64,000 nt of DNA. Source: Narcine bancroftii (taxonomy: Eukaryota). Positions within the stretch are counted from its first letter, which is position 1. Each line of letters opens with the position of its first letter. A model generated the notes under the pieces. That model saw nothing but the letters and a program-made list of their open reading frames with translations. It was not told the origin of the DNA and did not search any database. Positions 63,721 to 64,000 of this stretch are shown here, one piece after another. The position numbers and the translations under genes were made by a program. The stretch lies in assembly GCF_036971445.1 (NCBI RefSeq), contig NC_091482.1, positions 1,922,001-1,986,000 on the forward strand, read 5' to 3'.

Positions 63721-64000
63721 AGATTCGCCACTACCCCCTGCCACACCTTGTTACCCCCTCAGCCCAGTCTCCCCATGTCTCCCACCCCCCCAGTCTCCCC
63801 CGCACGTCCGTCTCCTCCCCTTTCACCCACCACCCCCTTCACATATCCCCCCCCATGTCAGCCCAATCACTCCCCTATCACACCCCCATTACCCAGTCCC
63901 TCAGCAATCCCCCCCCACCAGCATCCCCAGTCCCCCCAATTCTCCCTTTTGGTGGGGGAGGGGGAAATCCCCTAAGCCTTCCCCTTCAACCCCCAAAACT

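Overview
Eukaryotic (vertebrate) genomic DNA. The repeat content (CR1, Rex1/Babar, Penelope-like, Tx1/L1, HE1-type V-SINEs) points to a cartilaginous fish, probably a ray or shark; this is inference. I reconstructed three spliced genes by hand from splice signals, exon phases and remembered orthologue sequences: SMTNL2 (+, 8 coding exons, 3042-23753, 408 aa, apparently needing a GC-AG intron), TEKT1 (+, 7 coding exons, 40441-51012, 402 aa, RFX X-box upstream) and INPP5K/SKIP (-, 10 coding exons visible from 62698 to about 53357, 5' exons outside the window). The most striking non-gene feature is a young, full-length 2.45-kb 'half-L1' retroelement (25293-27746, -). It has a 17-bp target-site duplication, a poly(A) tail, an intact 407-aa ORF1, and an ORF2 collapsed to a disabled fusion of its first ~27 and last ~43 codons. 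Also noted: Penelope terminal repeats with minimal hammerhead-ribozyme-like motifs, hAT and pogo-type MITEs, an RTE 3' end, and G-rich minisatellites that repeatedly sit just downstream of 5' splice sites. Repeat boundaries are approximate and no database searches were run.
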